DNA of 8,591 nucleotides from a virus (Duplodnaviria; Heunggongvirae; Uroviricota; Caudoviricetes): IMG/VR virus record IMGVR_UViG_2547132417_000018; one strand, 5' to 3'. Shown piece by piece: positions 5,819 to 8,591 of this stretch (position 1 is its first letter; each line of letters starts with the position of its first letter). The notes under the pieces were generated by a model. It saw only the letters and a program-made list of their open reading frames with translations, ran no database searches and was not told where the DNA came from. The position numbers and the translations under genes were made by a program.

Positions 5819-7416
5819 CTGACCTTTATAAAGCCACCCGCAAATACGGAGAAGTTGATCGGGTATCGTTCTTTAAGGACATTGCCGGAGAAGAGGCTTT
5901 CACATCATTTATGGCCCTCGTTGATGCGGCAGGTGACGGATCCTTACCTAAACTGAGAAAAGAACTTGAAGGCGCACGCGGTGAGGCTGAACGCACGGCA
6001 AAGGTTATGGCCAACAACCTTGACGGCGATCTGAAATCACTCGGCAGTGCATGGGAAGGGTTGCGCATCCGCATTGCAGATCTGATTGACGGTCCGCTGC
6101 GTTCTGTCACGCAGTGGCTCACGCGGGTGGTATCAAAGGTGACGGCGCTGGCGCAGGCCCATCCGGCACTGACGCGCCAGCTACTGATTGCAGGTGGGGC
6201 GTTGCTGGCGATGACTGCAACGGTCGGCTCGTTGTCGCTGGCTATTGGTGTGCTTGCTGGCCCGCTGGCAAAACTGCGTCTTGGCTTTTCCCTCCTGACC
6301 GGATCAATGAATGCTGTCAGGCTCCTGCCAGCACTATGGGGAATGGTGACGGGTTCCGTTTCGTTACTGGGGGGCGCTATCGGGGCGCTGTTCAGCCCGG
6401 TCGGATTGATTGCTGCTGCGTTTGTGGCTGCGGCGGTTCTCATCTGGAAATACTGGGAACCCATCAAGGCGTTTTATGCAGGGGTGTTCAGTGGGATTAT
6501 GGAACGGCTGGCTCCGTTGCGCGAAACCTTTGAACGGTTCGGTCCTGTTTTTGATGTCGTGCGCGATGGGATTATTCAGGTCTTTAACTGGTTTAAATCG
6601 CTGCTGTCACCGATGGAGTCCGGCAAGGAAACGCTGGATAAATGTACCAGTGCTGGCGAGGTATTTGGCAGGGTACTCGGTGGAGCGATAGAGCTTGTCC
6701 TGACGCCAACAAAAGCATTGATGGATTCACTGGCGTGGATACTTGAAAAGCTCGGAGTGCTTCCGGATGAAGCGGAACGGGCGAGAAAGAAAATCGAAGA
6801 CGCACAGCGAGCGGCCATTCTTCAGGACAAGGTTGCCTTGCTTCAGGGGGACCTGGCGAAAATCAATCCGCCGAAGCCTGTGGAAAATGGAAATGGCTCC
6901 GGAGGTGATAAACCCAAAGACAACAAACCGCTCACAGACAACAATACCGGTACGCTACGCAGGCTCAGCAAAATTGCTGATAACACAGGTAAGCTGGTTG
7001 ATGAGACGAAAAAACGTATTGGCCCCGGCGATATTGTCTTTAAGAACCTGCCCCGCGCACTTGCCGTTCGTGGGGAGTGGCAGGAGCGGAAGATTCCGCA
7101 GGTCAGTAAGCCTGCCCCCGCAATTAATATCACCCCCGTGGTTCCGGCTCCGCTGCCTCCGGCGCTGGTCCCTGTTGTTGCGGCCAGCTCCCGCCCGGTG
7201 GCGGAGGCTATACGATCGCCAGTGGCATCAGTTCCTGCAACTTCCCGTAACCGGGAGCCTGTTGCCTCCGGATTTGGCGGTGAAATTCATGTTCATCTGC
7301 ATAACGTTGTTACGCAGAATCCCCGCGAACTGGCGAAACTGGTTGGCGAAATGGTCAGGGCAGAAATGGAACGGCGCGCCCGTGCCGGGCGTGGCAGTTT
7401 TTACGATAAAGACTGA
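5794..7416 (+). CDS. T: Tail tape measure protein (P2 gpT-like), C-terminal fragment; same gene as 4610..5818, disrupted by a 1-nt frameshift
   Basis: Frame is open from 5782 and reads RGGKMRPMEDLLTDLYK..., continuing the upstream ...LKELGVSVSDAG. Contains the Gly/Ala-rich hydrophobic segment and Pro-rich C-terminal region typical of myovirus tape measures. Combined length is about 930 aa. Confidence 0.82.
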   Translation: MRPMEDLLTDLYKATRKYGEVDRVSFFKDIAGEEAFTSFMALVDAAGDGSLPKLRKELEGARGEAERTAKVMANNLDGDLKSLGSAWEGLRIRIADLIDGPLRSVTQWLTRVVSKVTALAQAHPALTRQLLIAGGALLAMTATVGSLSLAIGVLAGPLAKLRLGFSLLTGSMNAVRLLPALWGMVTGSVSLLGGAIGALFSPVGLIAAAFVAAAVLIWKYWEPIKAFYAGVFSGIMERLAPLRETFERFGPVFDVVRDGIIQVFNWFKSLLSPMESGKETLDKCTSAGEVFGRVLGGAIELVLTPTKALMDSLAWILEKLGVLPDEAERARKKIEDAQRAAILQDKVALLQGDLAKINPPKPVENGNGSGGDKPKDNKPLTDNNTGTLRRLSKIADNTGKLVDETKKRIGPGDIVFKNLPRALAVRGEWQERKIPQVSKPAPAINITPVVPAPLPPALVPVVAASSRPVAEAIRSPVASVPATSRNREPVASGFGGEIHVHLHNVVTQNPRELAKLVGEMVRAEMERRARAGRGSFYDKD

Positions 7417-7422
7417 GGAGTC

Positions 7423-7917
7423 ATGGCCATGATGATGATCTACGGCATGTTTGTTTTTGAGCTGCGCACATTGCCGCATCAGCAGTTACAGCAAAACAAA
7501 AGCTGGCGGCATGTGAAAAATGAACGCGTTAACCGTTCAGCAAGCTGGCAGTATATCGGTGCAGGTGATGATCGCATCGTGCTTTCAGGCGTGCTTTATC
7601 CTGAAATTACAGGTGGCGAAGTGTCGCTGTCGCTGCTGACCACGCAGGCATATACAGGACGCCCCTGGCCTCTGATTGATGGCGTCGGGCAGATTTACGG
7701 CATGTATGTCCTGACCGAAACGAGTACGACCCGCTCTGAATTTGATCGCTACGGTAAGGCGAAAAAAATAGAATTTTCACTGACCCTTGAACGCTGTGAT
7801 GAGGATTTGCGGGAGCGCCTGCAATCCTCATCGTTCAGCGATATGCTGTCCGGCTTCAAAGATAAAGTGACATCATCTCTTAACAGCGCGGCCAGTTCAG
7901 TTAAAGGGCTGTTCTGA
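7423..7917 (+). CDS. U: Tail protein U (P2 gpU-like), 164 aa
   Basis: Immediately follows T, as in P2. N-terminus MAMMMIYGMFVFEL resembles the P2 gpU N-terminus. An SD GGAG is upstream; the in-frame ATG at 7429 is an alternative start. Confidence 0.88.
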   Translation: MAMMMIYGMFVFELRTLPHQQLQQNKSWRHVKNERVNRSASWQYIGAGDDRIVLSGVLYPEITGGEVSLSLLTTQAYTGRPWPLIDGVGQIYGMYVLTETSTTRSEFDRYGKAKKIEFSLTLERCDEDLRERLQSSSFSDMLSGFKDKVTSSLNSAASSVKGLF

Positions 7918-7928
7918 TTTAACACAAA

Positions 7929-7967
7929 AACCGCTAATGGCCAGATTAGCGGTTATTTTGTTTGCTC
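7929..7967. terminator. Bidirectional rho-independent terminator between convergent U and invertase genes
   Basis: Perfect 10-bp stem AACCGCTAAT (7929-7938), loop GGCCAG, stem ATTAGCGGTT (7945-7954), then ATTTTGTTTG. The invertase stop codon (7946-7948) lies inside the right arm of the stem. Confidence 0.6.
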
Positions 7968-8536
7968 TTCTCAATTGTTCCGCTTGATTCTCCTGCGGGG
8001 TGGTAACGATAAATCGTCGATGTACCAATGCCGTAAATTATTGCCAGTTGTTTTCTGTCGTGCCCGTTTTTAATCAGCCTTGCTATTTGCTCATTCTGTT
8101 CTTTTGTCAGCTTCGGGCGACGTCCGCCTGTGCGTCCTTGTGCGCGTGCTGCTGCCAGACCGGCCAGTGTACGCTCTACAATTAATTCACGTTCCATTTC
8201 AGCCAGGGCACCCATCACGTGGAAGAAAAAACGCCCCATTGGAGAAGATGTATCTATGCTGTCGGTCAGACTGCGAAAATTAATCCCTCGCTCCCGTAGT
8301 TCCCCGACGAGAGAAATCAGATGTTTCATGCTTCGCCCGAGGCGATCCAGTTTCCAGACAACCAGCGTGTCACCTTTTTGAAGGCGCTTTAAAGCGCGTT
8401 TTAATCCCGGTCGGTCTGTCTTTGTCCCGCTTAATTTATCTTCAAATATTTGTTCACATCCTGCACAAACAAGAGCGTTTCGTTGCAGGTCTGTATTCTG
8501 GTCATTTGTTGATACCCTTACATAGCCAATCAGCAC
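7946..8536 (-). CDS. Gin/Hin/Cin/Pin-family serine DNA invertase (site-specific recombinase), about 196 aa
   Basis: Translation from GTG at 8536 gives MLIGYVRVSTNDQNTDLQRNAL...TLVVWKLDRLGRSMKHL...FRSLTDSIDTSSPMGRFFFHVMGALAEMERELIVERT..., with the catalytic Ser in the YVRVST motif and a C-terminal helix-turn-helix region. Near-identical over the N-terminal two-thirds to Mu Gin and Salmonella Hin as recalled. SD GGGAG 7 nt upstream of the GTG. The track's longer start at 8560 is also a GTG with no better SD. Confidence 0.92.
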   Translation of the reverse strand: MLIGYVRVSTNDQNTDLQRNALVCAGCEQIFEDKLSGTKTDRPGLKRALKRLQKGDTLVVWKLDRLGRSMKHLISLVGELRERGINFRSLTDSIDTSSPMGRFFFHVMGALAEMERELIVERTLAGLAAARAQGRTGGRRPKLTKEQNEQIARLIKNGHDRKQLAIIYGIGTSTIYRYHPAGESSGTIEKSKQNNR

Positions 8537-8591
8537 GCTGAATCTCCCGTCCAAAAGCACAAATCATGCCATGCAGGCCAGAAACCGCCAT

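Larger units (their letters stand above)
764..8591. mobile_element. P2-family prophage, late/tail segment (partial; extends beyond the right edge of the window, left boundary uncertain)
   Basis: Contiguous set of P2-like late genes (ogr, D, FI, FII, E/E', T, U) plus a phage-type invertase. Genes at 1..703 may be prophage cargo or flanking host DNA. No P2 attP-like core or integrase is visible in the window. Confidence 0.8.

Noticed and set aside
5826-6467. Long antisense or out-of-frame ORFs inside the tail genes (for example 5826..6467 minus, 6743..7432 plus, 2222..2632 minus, 3880..4302 minus, 6114..6533 plus)
   Set aside because: They overlap well-supported tail genes in other frames, have Arg/Ser/Pro-rich low-complexity composition typical of spurious ORFs in GC-rich DNA, and lack ribosome-binding sites or recognisable motifs.
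7921-7954. Possible hix/gix-like recombination half-site (ACACAAAAACC) next to the invertase
   Set aside because: The sequence is a 10-bp stem with a 6-nt loop followed by a T-run, which is a terminator rather than two 12-bp half-sites around a 2-bp core. The right half does not resemble GGTTTT-type half-sites.
8537-8591. Partial gix-like site upstream of the invertase start (TCCAAAAG at 8550-8557 and AAACCG at 8582-8587)
   Set aside because: Only 6-8 bp of similarity to the gix and hix sequences I recall, with no dyad partner within the window. The real crossover site is probably beyond the right edge.
8502-8591. Minus-strand ATG at the very end of the window opening a 29-codon ORF that overlaps the invertase start
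   Set aside because: It is out of frame with the invertase, too short to assess, and may be the tail of a gene starting outside the window or noncoding leader sequence.
1-8591. CRISPR arrays, rRNA or tRNA genes, IS elements
   Set aside because: No regularly spaced direct repeats, no rRNA- or tRNA-like conserved segments and no transposase-like ORFs were seen.

Overview
This window is the late (tail) end of a P2-family prophage in an enterobacterial-type genome (GC-rich core, AT-rich left edge). On the minus strand sit the late-gene activator ogr (764..1024) and tail protein D (1067..2176). Diverging from a 156-bp intergenic region, the plus strand carries sheath FI, tube FII, chaperone E with a -1 frameshift extension E', tape measure T (split by a frameshift in a G5 run) and U. 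A convergent Gin/Hin-family serine invertase (7946..8536) follows U. Left of ogr are two cargo-like genes: a 46-codon Hok/Gef-family type I toxin that the ORF track misses (433..573, minus) with an overlapping mok-like frame, and an AT-rich gene for a small secreted cysteine-containing protein (1..282). No single undescribed system is proven; the strongest candidates are the compressed hok-like module at the prophage edge and the unusual inverted position of the FI-U block relative to D-ogr, next to an invertase. All identifications rest on reading the sequence and on recalled family features; no database search was run.
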